DNA of 64,000 bases from Octopus sinensis (taxonomy: Eukaryota), in contig NC_043004.1 in NCBI RefSeq assembly GCF_006345805.1, positions 106,888,001-106,952,000 of the forward strand, given 5' to 3'. Made by a program: the position numbers and the translations under genes. This document shows positions 21,892-34,879 of this stretch, piece after piece; position 1 is the stretch's first letter; each line of letters begins with the position of its first letter. Below the pieces are notes generated by a model that had not been told where the DNA came from, did no database searches, and saw nothing but the letters and a program-made list of their open reading frames with translations.

Positions 21892-22444
21892 TGCACACAG
21901 TGTTGTGGTTCACTGTTGTCTGTGCTGCTGCTGTTGTCTATGTTGACTTTTCACACTTGATTCTTCACACCACGAGATTCTTTGCACCTACATGTTTTGT
22001 TTTTAATTTTTCTGTGTGTTTAGTATATTACATATTTTTTCTGTGCTTCTGTGTGTTAGTATTTTTATAGTATTTTCTATTTTATATATTTTTGAGTCTC
22101 ATTGACTCAGATAACTGGATCTATGATTTCACTAGGTTAATTCTAGTCATAAAAATTTAAATTTGGAGTATTTCTTAAACTGTTAGCTTCACATTTCAAC
22201 AGCTTAACTGAAATTTAGCCCAGTTAACAGGAACTGAGAGAGTTATCATGTGGAACAGAGAAACTGTGGGTGATGCAGATAATTTGACATTATTTTTGAA
22301 TTCTGCATGCAAAAACATATAAGATACAGATATTCTTTTCCTTGGGACAAATTCTTTGTTGACCAGTGTTATTCTTATCATAGTTTACAAATCCAAGCAT
22401 GAAAACGTTACTCAACTTTGGAGTTTGGGAGACAGACACTCCCT

Positions 22445-22494
<50 letters not shown>

Positions 22495-23264
22495 GCACTT
22501 ACAAATTAATGGTATACACAAATACATGACAGGTATACGTAATACTGAAATACTCATGAAGTAAACACATGTAAAGGCAAATATATATTAATATAACAAA
22601 TAAAAAAATTTTTTAAATACAATCAATGAAGAGACAAAGGAAACAGCAAGATGATACATGCTGATTTTATTAGGTATTTCTATTTATTTAGAAACCTACA
22701 ATGAACAGGTCAGACACTAAACTATTAATTTCACAGGGTACAACCTTAAAGTTGACACTGCTCTGCTAAATGCAGAAAATTTTTCTCTTGCTATTGGCTA
22801 AAAATACAGTTTTTTTTAATATTTTTAAACCTCTGTAATTTTTTCCCCAATTTTTTTCTCCACAACATCATACCTTCAAAGCAATGAGACTGGAAGTCTA
22901 CATTATTATAGCCAATTTTCAGAGTTTTTACTTCCTTTTAAAAAACGCATATTTTGCGAATGCAAAAAAACTAGATCCAATATTCATACAGACTTTCCTT
23001 TTCCTGATGTGTGTATACATTTTTTTACTGGACTCTGTATATGGAGATCAATAGATATTATCATATTTCCTCATAAATCAAAACAAAGCAAAAGATGGTA
23101 ATTTAAACCATTCTGAATGCTCTAAAACTTATGTCAAACAAAGCATAAATTAACACATGTTTATGTAGAAGAAAAAGGAAGTAATCAATGTTTTGATGTA
23201 AATTTACAATGAGAAAGGTATATTTTGCTACATTGACCATTCAGGTATTTAACAAGACGTATTA

Positions 23265-23580
23265 CTGAAGGTCCATGGCTCAGTGGTTAGAGTGTTGGGC
23301 TCTTAATCATGAGGTAGTGAATTCGATTCCCAGCCCAGGTTGTGTGCTGTGTTTTTGATCAAGACACTTTATTTCACATTGCTCCAGTTCCCTCAGCTGT
23401 AGAAATGAATGGACACCACCAATGCTGTTCTCTTGGATAGCATCGGTGGCAGGGAGAGGAGAGGCTGGTATGCATGGACAGCTGCTGGTCTTCCATAAAC
23501 AACCTCAATCAGACTTTTGCTTAGGAGGGGAACTTTCTAGGTGCAATCCCATGATCATTCATGACCAAAAGGGGTCTTTA
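23265..23580 (+). mobile_element. tRNA-derived SINE family C
   Basis: TGGCTCAGTGGTTAGAG A-box, GAATTCGATTCCC B-box; related copies ~5500-5820 (-) and ~10600-10930; approximate ends. Confidence 0.6.
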
Positions 23581-24100
23581 CCTTTCTCTTTAATACTTCT
23601 GAATAAGAAAGAAATGAGTCAGCAGCATAATTTGCATTTATGATTCCAACATCTTTTTACTTATGTCTTACCTACAAGTTTTCTCTACAGTCAATAACAA
23701 GGCAGAGTTCACCTTGGCTAACTCAGCTCATTATCTCTTACTCAATGACATACAAGATACTTCAGAAGAAATAGTATGGACAATTTTGCTATATTTCAAG
23801 AGGGTCATTTGACAATAATGAATAGACACTGGTTTTATTGTACTTCTTTTATTAGTTGTAGTCAATTCGTTAACACTTAACCAATTAGCAAGTAGATTGT
23901 TTGGCTAATCATTTGGTCAATCAATCAATCATCTAGCTTTGTCAAAGTCATTTTGTCACCATTCACAACCTCATTATGGACATGCCCTCTCTACTCCAGA
24001 TCTGCTTCAAGGTCTATCTGCCTGTCTTCTTGATTGACTGAACAACCACTCAAACAATAGCTTCTTAGTTAATTGGCTAAATGTTAACAAAATGTTCACC

Positions 24101-24132
<32 letters not shown>

Positions 24133-24388
24133 AAGAAGTGAAACAGAACCAGTGTGTGTGCATGTGTTCATTAACATAATGACCCCACCAAGATACAACA
24201 AAATCTGTTTCAACAAATGACATCACATCAAGAATGCTGCAAAAAGTAAAATATAAACAATTATTATAAATAACTTGCTACTTTGCAAAAAAAAAAAAAA
24301 TTATGCTAAATTTCTCAGCTACCAAAAATGGAAGCCAATCAGTCTACATAATACTGTTGAGGCTCTAATGAAGCAAAGGAATGATTAC

Positions 24389-24551
24389 CTGGTTAAAAGT
24401 GCTATTGTAATGTTCTGGTTTTCCCACTTTTAGTTGTAGCATCCTTACAACACCTCGTTTAATATTCAGAGCTATGGTTTTCTCATCTTTGTGACTGTAA
24501 ATCTCTCCATTCTTCACAAGACCTTCTTCCAAGTTGAACTCAACATGGTAC
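24389..24551 (-). CDS. LLTP exon 5
   Basis: 163 nt, phase 2-0; YHVEFNLEEGLVKNGEIYSHKDEKTIALNIKRGVVRMLQLKVGKPEHYNSTFNQ; contains the LLT hallmark LNIKRG. Confidence 0.95.
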
Positions 24552-24630
24552 CTGTGGAAATTTGTTGTATTGTATGGTTAAGATTCATAAGATATTTCAC
24601 AACTGTAACAGTTTGGTTATATCTGTAGTG

Positions 24631-24696
<66 letters not shown>

Positions 24697-25187
24697 AAGG
24701 TCTGTGTGCCAAAAACAAATTCAAGTGTATGAAGATTTTCTTTGGCTTCTAGTCTTAATATAAGTTCTGCTGCATTAATCTATTTAACTCTGAGCACATG
24801 TGTATGTATGTGTGAGGGTGATATGTACATGGGTGTGCATGTATGTGTGTGTGTGTGTGTGTGCCCGCAAGTGTGTGTGCATGTGTGTGTGCATATGTGT
24901 GTTGCATGTATGTGTATGTGTGTGTGTGTGTGTGTGTGCGTGTGTGTGTTTGTGTGTATTCAGGTGTTTCATAAATTTTGCAGCAAAAAGAAAATTATTG
25001 AGCATTTTATAATGCATTGAAACATTCCCCAGTACATTTTTCTTTATTTTCAACTTATTTCTATTTACAATTGAAAAACAAAATATAAAATTGTTGAAAC
25101 CAGTAAGGTATTTTAATGAATTTTAAAACTTCCTAAAAATTAAAATTCATTTAAAAACCCAGGTGCATTTTCAACCCCCAAACCAAT

Positions 25188-25312
<125 letters not shown>

Positions 25313-25364
25313 CATACAAACATATACATATACATATACTTATAGATATATATATATATATATC

Positions 25365-26505
25365 ATCATCATCATTTAGCATCCACTTTCCATGCTAGCA
25401 TGGGTTGGATGGTTCAACTGGGGTCTGGGAGGCCAGAAGGCTGCACCAGGCCTAGTCTGATCTGGCAATGTTTCTACGGCTGGATGCCCTTCCTAACGCC
25501 AACCACTCCATGAGTGTAGTGGGTGCTTTTTACATGCCAGACGGGGCTGGCAAACGGCCACAGTCGGATGGTGCTTTTTACGTGCCATCGGGCCAGGCGA
25601 GGCTGGCAAACGGCCACGGTCGGATGGTGCTTTTTACGTGCCACAGGCACAGGGGCTAGGTGAGGCTGGTAACGGCCACATTTGGATGGTTCGCTTATGT
25701 GCCACCGGCACTGGTATCACAGCTACAATTTCCATTGGTGTTGATCGATTTCGATTTTGATTCTGATACTCAATTGCCTCAACAGGTCTTCACAAGTAGA
25801 GTTTTGTGTCCCAAGAAGGAAAGGTATGCATAAGTGGACTGCCTACATCCCAGGTAGAGGCCATGGGTTATGGTCTCACTTGTCCTGCTGGGTCTTCTCA
25901 CGCACAGCATACTTCCATAGGTCTCGGTCTCTAGTCATTTCCTTGGTGAGACCTAAAGTTCGAAGGTCGTGCTTCACCACCTCGTCCCAGGTTTTCCTGG
26001 GTCTACCTCTTCCACAGGTTCCCTCAACCGCTAGGGTGTGGCACTTTTGCACACAACTATCTTCAGCCATTCTCATCACATGACCATACCAATGCAAATG
26101 TCTCTCTTGCACACCACAACTGATGCTTCTTAAGTCCAACTTTTCTCTCAAGGTACTTACACTCTGTCGAGTATGAACACTGACATTACACATCCATTGG
26201 AGCATACTGGTTTCATTTCTTGTGAGCTTACGCATATCCTCAGCAGTCACGGCCCATGTTTCACTGCCATGTATCATGGCTGTTCGTACACACACGTCAT
26301 ACAGTCTGCCTTATACTCTGAGCGAGAGGCCTTTTGTCACCAGCAGAGGTAAGAGTTCTCTGAACTTTGTCCAGGCTATTCTTACTCTAGCAGTTACACT
26401 TTCAGCACACCCAACCCGCTCACTGACTTGGTCACCTAGGTAACAGAAATTATCAACTATTTCTAGCTTTTCTCCCTGGAACATGGTGGAAGTTGGTCTC
26501 TGCAC
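25365..26505 (-). mobile_element. 5'-truncated RTE LINE (post-PHD coding part, 3' UTR, GAT tail)
   Basis: Translations QGEKLEIVDNFCYLGDQV and TCGRGRPRKTWDEVVKHDL match the 12957-15032 element; frameshifted. Confidence 0.88.
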
Positions 26506-26747
26506 ATTTTCAGTGTTTATTTATATATATATATGTCATTTAGTCTGATATAATGAATCCATAAACATGTATAAAACATCCAAATGTATATATTTTCCCT
26601 TCTGAAGATATTATGCTCAGGTCATTTAAATTTAATATTTACTTCATATATTTACTGAATATTAACTGAAACAGCTGTAAGGGATGTTGATTAATTTACA
26701 GTTAATAATAAACAATTATTAACTTCCCAATCTCCATTTTCTTTTTC

Positions 26748-26819
<72 letters not shown>

Positions 26820-26822
<3 letters not shown>

Positions 26823-27090
26823 TTATGTCCTGTTATTATTTTTATTGCATTTGTGTAACATTGTCCGTTTTTTCCCATTCTTGTTTTTGTATACATTCAT
26901 TGCTTTCTTCCAAGGAATCTAATGCTCTTAGCTTAGTTCTTCCTTGGGGCTGGCCAGATTGGAGCAATCTTAAGTATAACCAGCCGAAATTGCGAAGATA
27001 ATCTGGTACTTGACTGAGGAAAGAAAACTTCGAATGACCCATCCTTGTTTTCTTTATATGATCTATCTGAATGTTTTGTTGTCCATTTTG
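26820..27090 (+). repeat. Dispersed structured repeat, copy 1 (Penelope-terminal-repeat-like)
   Basis: Homologous to ~57100-57415; conserved paired segments with compensatory changes. Confidence 0.65.
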
Positions 27091-27138
<48 letters not shown>

Positions 27139-27579
27139 AATACGCATATGCTGACAGCCAAACATGTGCCATTCGAGCGGTCCTCATCGAACAGATCTAC
27201 AGAACAGACGGAACTAGACATCTGGTCTGAGAATTTTCAAGTCAGCATGGGACAGCTGGATCGCCCATCAGCAAATATCTGCATTCTTCCTGCAGCATTA
27301 AGAGTATTTCAACTCTTATTTCTAGCAATGTAGGTGTGTCAGAACCCTCAGTCGAAATCAGCTGTTTATATTAGTTTTATCTCTCTCTCTCTCTCAATAT
27401 ATGTTTTAGAGCTGCAAATCTGTTAATTATTCTCAATAAATGCTTCAGTGTTTATTCATTTGGAAGCAGCTGGTGATTCCCTCCATCCCTACCTAGACTA
27501 TCTCACACAATCATATTTATTCATAAATGCAGATAGATAGACAGATTTATATAAATGCATATAAAGGAATACAAAAAAG

Positions 27580-27639
<60 letters not shown>

Positions 27640-28389
27640 GTATGTGTATGTATATACATACATACAAGCATACATGTGTATGTGTGTGTGTGTGTATGTG
27701 TGTGTGTGTGTGTGTGTATGCGTGTATATGTTTTCTTTGGACTTCAATGACTGTGTTATGAGAAAAGGGAAAAATGCCGTTAATTTTTCGTAGTCAATTG
27801 TGAGGAAGCCACAAAGCCATGATAAGAGAAAGAAAGAGACACTGTACAAGTCCTACGTAAGATTTATAGATAAGGTAAAAGGAGTTTAATGGTTTATATG
27901 GTAAAGGGAAGTTGTGTGAATATTATGTGTTTTGCTGAGATCATCATATTACTTTAGTATGATCAAAAGGTTAAAGATCTTACCTGCTAATCATGTTACA
28001 GGTGCTAGTTTATAAAACAGGCAGTTTTTGTTGCGTTGTATTTAGAGAAGATCCAGAAGAAATTTATTGTAATTGTGTCTTTTGATAACAGATCGATTAA
28101 TGAGATTAATGAGATTAATGAGATTAATGAGATACATGTACAAAAGACAAACAGAGCAGCTAAGTGGAGATGCAGTTATAGCAACGAAGTAGAAATGCTG
28201 TCAGATAATTTATAAGTTATTAAGGAAATAAATATTATATAAAGAAATAGATAATATGTATTTAAACTCAACTTTTAAGGATAAGAATATAATCTTTTAC
28301 TGGGTACAGTTCCAGAAATGTTTTAGTTACACATTTCAACCAACTATCTGTGGGACATTATTGAATAATAATAAATATCTGTTGTAGTT

Positions 28390-28630
28390 CATTATTTACA
28401 TTATTTACATTTGACGGATATTTGTCCTCATCTTGTTTGTTGTTAACATGTTTCGGCTGATATACCCACCAATCTTCATCAGGTGTCTTGGGAAAATTCT
28501 CATTCCTAAGGTATTTTTCAATGTAATTATTATTATTATTATTATTATTATTAGTCAGGTCACTGCCTGGAATCGAACTCAGAATCTTGGGGTTAGCAGC
28601 CCGCGATCTTAACCACTACACCATATGCCC
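28390..28630 (-). mobile_element. Complete tRNA-headed SINE containing a hammerhead motif, 9-bp TSD
   Basis: Head GGGCATATGGTGTAGTGGTTAAG...GAGTTCGATTCC; (AAT)n; GACAC-CTGATGA...CAGCC-GAAAC; TGTAAATAA tail; GTTGTAGTT at 28381-28389 and 28631-28639. Confidence 0.85.
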
Positions 28631-30030
28631 GTTGTAGTTACATTGTAATTATTAAGTGGAAAATTTTAAGGAGATTTGTCTGTGTTCATGTGGTTGTGAA
28701 TGTTTTAGTTTTTGCAACAGGAAATATGAGCATGTTTATGCAAAAGACTTGAATGTTATCTGTAACAGGGATTTAAGGACCCTGATGATGAAGAAGTAAA
28801 GCATAAGGAATGTTTAAAGATTAGTTAGATGGTTTGTTATTAGAATCAGGAGAAGGTTTTGTGAATAAGTTTAGTGTTAAATATGGAGTATTAAGACTAG
28901 CAAACAATTTTTAGAAAAATGCAAGTATCATCATCATCATCATCATTGTTTAACGTCTGCTTTCCATGCTGGCATGGGTTGGAAGGTTTGATAGGAGCCA
29001 GTCACGCAGGAGCCTGCACCAGACTTCTGTATCTGTGTTGGCAGGGTTTTTATGGCTGGATGCCTTTTCTAACACCAACCGTCCTGCAGAATGGACTGAG
29101 TGCTTTTTACATGGCACAAGCACAGGTGAGGGCAGTTTTAGATTTAAAACTGGCATAGGAAGGAATATCTATGTCAATAGATTGAATGCCTAAAGGTAAA
29201 TTTAAATCTGAATATTGATTAAAAATGAGGACTATGCATATAGTACAAATAATAATGAATTTTTTGGTATAAAAAAGAAAAGTTAAAAGAGTTAAGTTTC
29301 TTTTAGATAAAACAGGACATTTTGTCTGTGAGTAAAGTATTTAGACAGGTCAGTGTCTGAGACATTCTCATGGGCAGTAATTGTAGTGTTTTTCGGTACT
29401 CTCTCTTTTACTCTTTTTCTTGTTTCAGTCATTTGATTGCGGCCATGCTGGAGCACCGTCCTTAGTCAAGCAAAACAACCCCAGGACTTATTCTTTGTAA
29501 GCCTATTTCTTATTCTATCGGTATCATTTGCCAAACCGATAAGTTACAGGGACGTAAACACACCAGCATCGGTTGTCAAGTGATGTTGGAGGGACAAACA
29601 CAGACAACACACACACACACATATATACATATATACATATATACAATGAGCTTCTTTCAGTTTCCGTCTACCAAATCCACTCACAAGGCTTTGGTCGGCC
29701 CAAGGCTATAGTAGAAGACACTTGCCCAAGGTACCACGCAGTGGGACTGAATCTATAACCATGTGGTTGGTAAGCTAGCTACTTACCACACACACACACA
29801 GCCTGTGTTCAATATATTCTTAGTGTCATGTTACTTAAGTTTACATATTGCAAAAAGAAAAGAAAATATTTTAAAGCAAAAAGATTAATTAGGCAATTTA
29901 ATTGTACACTCAATAGCTTATTAAGTAAATTTGAAGTGATATTTAACTGGCAACTGAGTTGCAGATTAAAAGCTTAAAGGGATATTGTTACTGCTTTAAT
30001 GTGAAGCATGTTGATTTAGTTGATATATAT

Positions 30031-30412
30031 AAAGAAAATTTAGAAAATGGAGATGTAGCATTAATATAATTTATTATCTGCAAAAATACAACATATTCTC
30101 TTACAGCTGTTTCAATTTAGCCTTAAAGATTCAATTACAATAATTAAATCATTGTATTTGGTAAAAATTTCCTCAGAGGTGTCGAAAATATATAGCATTA
30201 GGTTATTAGGGGTCGTGTTTTAAAATCACCTCACCTAATATCCTAACAGTATATCTTTTCTACCTCTCTGATAAGATTTTGCCTAATACAATGATTTAAT
30301 TATTGTAATTGAATCTTTAAGGCTAAATTGAAACAGCTGTAAGAGAATATGTTGTATTTTTGCAGATAATAAATTATATTAATGCTACATCTCCATTTTC
30401 TAAATTTTCTTT
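30031..30412. repeat. Palindrome with perfect 128-bp outer arms and a hammerhead motif on each strand
   Basis: 30031-30158 is the exact reverse complement of 30285-30412 (checked by eye); inner part pairs imperfectly. Confidence 0.9.
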
Positions 30413-30542
30413 TAAATACTGATAAACCAAGATTTATATTTAGACCTATCGATTTTATGAATATTATCATTCACAAAAATACTAATTCATTGGACATTAC
30501 TATACCTCAATGAGGCTATTTTAAACTCTAACTGATTATATA

Positions 30543-30930
30543 TATCAACCTTTTTCACTTCTCGAAGTCCTCGCTCTCTCGTCTATCAACCTTCGCGTAT
30601 TCCTTTATTAATTTTGCCCATTCAAGTCCTCGCTCTCTCGTCTATCAACCTTCGCCATCTTGAAGTCTGTTTCTTTAGTACACTTCCGCCTTGTCCAAAA
30701 ATTCCCCTTCCGGTCAACTTATACTTAAAAGACCACCCCACACGTGCTCTCTCATTCACCTAGCAGCTATATCCTGAGTACAGATAATTTGAAAACTTAT
30801 TTTCACTTCTCGAAGTCCTCGCTCTCTCGTCTATCAACCTTTTTCACTTCTCGAAGTCCTCGCTCTCTCGTCTATCAACCTTTTTCACTTCTCGAAGCCC
30901 TCGCTCTCTCGTCTATCAACCTTCGCGTAT
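30543..30930. repeat. ~41-46-bp minisatellite (TTTTCACTTCTCGAAGTCCTCGCTCTCTCGTCTATCAACCT), 5 partial or complete units
   Basis: Units near 30550, 30622, 30800, 30841, 30882. Confidence 0.8.
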
Positions 30931-31184
30931 TCACGGTGCACCCGCCCTTGCCCACCCCCAACACCAATACCGGATATCTCTATATTTTTGCTCCATCTAT
31001 ACCGGATGTCGCTTCTCCCACCACCATTATAGGTGTCTACTCTTCGAACCCCCCTCTTCAATATGCTATTTCACCATGCATTACCCCTCTCGTGATATCC
31101 TACGTTCTACTTGTCTAGAACCTGTCATCGTTTCTCCGAACACCCCTCCCCACTGGTGCTCCCCTATATTTCTGCACCCCCTCC

Positions 31185-31485
31185 CCACATAAAAAGCACC
31201 ATCTGAACGTGGCCGATGCCAGCACCGATGCAGGTGGCACATAAAAAGCACCAACCGACCGCTGCCGATGCCAGACCCCTCTGGCACCTGTGCAGGTGGC
31301 ACGTAAAAAGCACCCACTACACTCGCGGAGTGGTTGGCGTTAGGAAGGGCATCCAGCTGTAGAAACACTGCCAGACTAGACTGGAGCCTGGGGCAGCCCC
31401 TGGTTCCCCAGACCCCGGTCGAAACCGTCCAACCCGTGCTAGCGCGGAAAACGGACGTTAAACGATGATGATGATGATGATGATA
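31185..31485 (+). mobile_element. RTE 3'-UTR-only insertion with (GAT)n tail
   Basis: Matches 14660-15030; similar short ends near 28920-29130, 32270-32455, 33430-34030, 37640-37810, 43130-43580. Confidence 0.8.
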
Positions 31486-31613
31486 CACACACACAAATAT
31501 ACATGTTCAGGAGAGACTGTGTGGTAAGTAGCTTGCTTCCCAATCACAGGGTTCCAGGTTTAGTCCAACTTGTGAGTGGATTTGGTAGATGGAAACTGAA
31601 AAAAGCCTGTTGT

Positions 31614-31675
<62 letters not shown>

Positions 31676-32465
31676 ATGTATTTATGTATTTGTGTGTCTG
31701 TGTTTGTCCCCCCGCCATCACTTGACAACTGATGTTGGTGTGTTTATGTCCCCGTAACTTAGCAGTTCGGCAAAAGAGACCTATAGAATAAGTACTAGGC
31801 TTACAAAGAATAAGTCTTGGGTTCGATTTGTTTGACGAAAAGCGATGCTCCAATGTGGCTGCAGTCAAATGACTGGAACAAGAAAAAGAAATAAAACAGA
31901 AAAAAAGAGAAATGCACATAATACCGTTTTTGGAATGCTGGATATCAAAGGAAAGCTGTAAATACCATGTGAGACTCAAATACACATATCCTGTAAAACT
32001 GATGTTGACAATATATATATGTGTGTGTGTGTGTGTGTCAGTGTGTCTCTATCTGTGTGTATTATTCATTTATTTGTTTCTGCCATTTGACTGTGGCCAT
32101 TCTGGAGCAGCACCGTCTTTAGTCAAACAAATTGACCTCAGGACTTATTCTTTGTACTTATTCTTGTGGGAACGTAAACACACCACAATCGGTTGTCAAG
32201 CGACAGTGGGGGGACAAACACTGACACAAGCATACACACACATGTCTATATATTTACGGTGGCACGCTCGTGCCGGTGTCACGCAAAAGAACCCACTACA
32301 CTCTTGGAGTGGTTGGCGTTAGGAAGGGCATCTAGCTGTAGAAACTCTGCCAGATCTAGACTGGAGCCTGGTGTAGCCATCTGGTTCGCCAGGTCTCAGT
32401 CAAATTGTCCAACCCATGCTAGCATGGAAAGCGGATGTTAAATAATGATGATGATATATATATAT

Positions 32466-32504
<39 letters not shown>

Positions 32505-33300
32505 CAAAGGGCTTCTTTCAGTTGCCGTCTACCAAATCCACTCACAAGGCTTTGGTCGGCCCAAGGCTATAGTAGAAGACACTTGCCCAAGGTGCTACGC
32601 AGTGGGACTGAACCCAGAACCATGTGATTGACAAGCAAGCTACTTACCACACAGCCACTCCTACACACACACACATGAAGGAGATATAAATGCTTACATA
32701 TAAACATACGCAATGTGTTTTGAGTTATAAAACTAATGAAGGATACTCAATGAATGTTGTATTTTCAGCACAAGTTATAAGATTTAGTAAAACTGTTAAT
32801 AGAAAATATTTGCTTCTATTAGCTGTTTGATGTTTAATCCTAAATCTTAAAGTGATATTGTTTCGGTTTTAATTTGACGCATTTTGATTTCACCGATCAG
32901 AATGTCTGTTTGAATTGTTTGGAAAATATAGTAATTTGTCTCTCACTTTCTTATTGTGTATCAATCCCTTCCACTTTGTACTTCATTCTCCTCTGTAACT
33001 TCTAAATTTAGTGATGGGAGTCCTTCTTATGCACATGGGAGCCCTTACGGGTTGGATGGAGAAACAGTGGCTCTCATGCCTTTTGTTATGTTTACAGTTG
33101 CTGGTAATTAATTTGTCTGTGTACGTCTTGTACATGTGTATGTTTGCTCATGATTAGAAACATGTCAGTGTGTGTATATATTTATGAGCATGCATTTGTG
33201 TGTTTATTTCCTTTGAGCATTGGCATATGTGTAGAGAAAGCTGTATGTGTTTGAAAGAGAGAAGGGATTCTTTTTTGATGAAAGTCAATGAATATCTTAC

Positions 33301-33389
33301 TTTTTCAGTAGATCTTTATATGATGTTTTGGTTTCCCTGTCTCTTCCATTGCTGTCAACCAAAGTCATTGAACATCCTGTCAAAGCAAC
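33301..33389 (-). CDS. LLTP exon 4
   Basis: 89 nt, ttttattgttttAG / GTAAGA, phase 0-2; VALTGCSMTLVDSNGRDRETKTSYKDLLK(K). Confidence 0.88.
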
Positions 33390-34325
33390 CTAAAACAATA
33401 AAAAAAAACATTGGTGAATTACAAATGGATCATCATCATCATCATCATCGTTTAACGTCCGCTTTCCATGCTGGCATAGGCTGAACGGTTTGACTGAAGA
33501 CTGGTAAGCCAGGAGGCTGCACCAGGCTCCAATCTGATCTGGCAAAGTTTCAATAGCTGGATGCCCTTCATAGCACCAACCACTCCAAGAGTGTAGTGGG
33601 TGCTTTTTATGTGCCACCGGTACGGAAGCCAGTCAGGCGGCACTGGCATCAACCACGTTCAGATGGCGCTTTTTTTGTGCCACCGACACGGGGAGCCAGT
33701 CAGGCAGCACTGGCATCGACCCATGCTTGAATGGTGCTTATTAAGTGCCACCAGCAAGGGTGCCAGTCAAATGGCACTGGCATTGGTCACGACTATGATT
33801 TCACTTGTTTCAACAGGTCTTCTCAAGCACAGCATGTCACCCAGGGATTCAAGAGTACTTTTAAATGGGTTGGTTATGAAACACTAGTATCATCCACAGC
33901 TGCGATACTCCCAGTCACAGCAAATCTCCAAAGGTCTTGGTTTCTTTTCATTGCCTCTTTGAAATCCAATGTACGAAGGTCATGCTTAAACCACCTCATC
34001 CCATGTCTTCCTGAGTATACCACTTCCACAGATTAGGATTAATTTTCATATGGATGAGACATGGCTGAGCAGACAAGAAACCTGCCTGCCAACCACATCT
34101 TTTCAGTTTTAGTTTTACCATGTTGCACCTAGGGCAAGTATCTTATGAGTATCACCATCACACATGCAGTAGCCTTCATTTGCAGTCTTGTGCAAAAACA
34201 AGTCTGGCCAATTGGGCGAAGGGAATTATTACCTTGCCTAGAAAATCTGCTCAAAGAAATCTACTCCAACAAATTGCATCCAACCTATGCAAGCATGGAA
34301 AAATGGACATTAAATGATGATGATG

Positions 34326-34357
<32 letters not shown>

Positions 34358-34879
34358 GGTGATGATTTCTTAAAGTTACTAACCATCTATTGTCGAAGAC
34401 ACTTGCTCAGCATGTCATGAGGCAGGACTAGAACCTAAACTGCATGATTCCCAAACAGACTTATTGACTGCAAGATTACGTTTGTCCTTTTATTAATTTT
34501 TCTTCACACACACACACATGCAGTTATACATACACACACATATGCATGCATACACTCACACACACACTCATGCATGCACACACACACAAACACACATCAC
34601 ACACTCATGCACATACATATGCACAAATACACATCTGTGATATTTCATCCATGAATGCAAGGTATGTCATTTCATGCTTAAGATATAGAAATGAATTCAA
34701 ATAACAAATTTTATCATAGAATAAATTTTGTTTTCTGTAGAATCAGTTTGAAAAAGCATACATTATAGAGTCAACCTTTATTATATGGTTTTAATAACTA
34801 AAATTGTATGTTCTGGTTTAAATACCAGGAAACATCACTAATGCTCATGTGTGTGTGTGTGTGTATTTAAAGTAATTAA

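Noticed and set aside
27014-27040. HDV-like ribozyme reading (P4 hairpin, CGAA, P2) of the structured repeat
   Set aside because: No conserved P2 5' partner or P3/L3 in the required position in both copies.
27794-27856. Plus-strand exon of a nested gene (SIVRKPQSHDKRKKETLYKSY) and another at ~28769-28797
   Set aside because: Splice-like signals only; no coherent multi-exon frame or protein similarity.
28098-28135. Four tandem TTAATGAG homeodomain-like sites
   Set aside because: Explained by slippage of a 9-bp unit; no other support for function.
30543-30930. CRISPR-like array
   Set aside because: Eukaryotic context; units are directly tandem without unique spacers of regular length.
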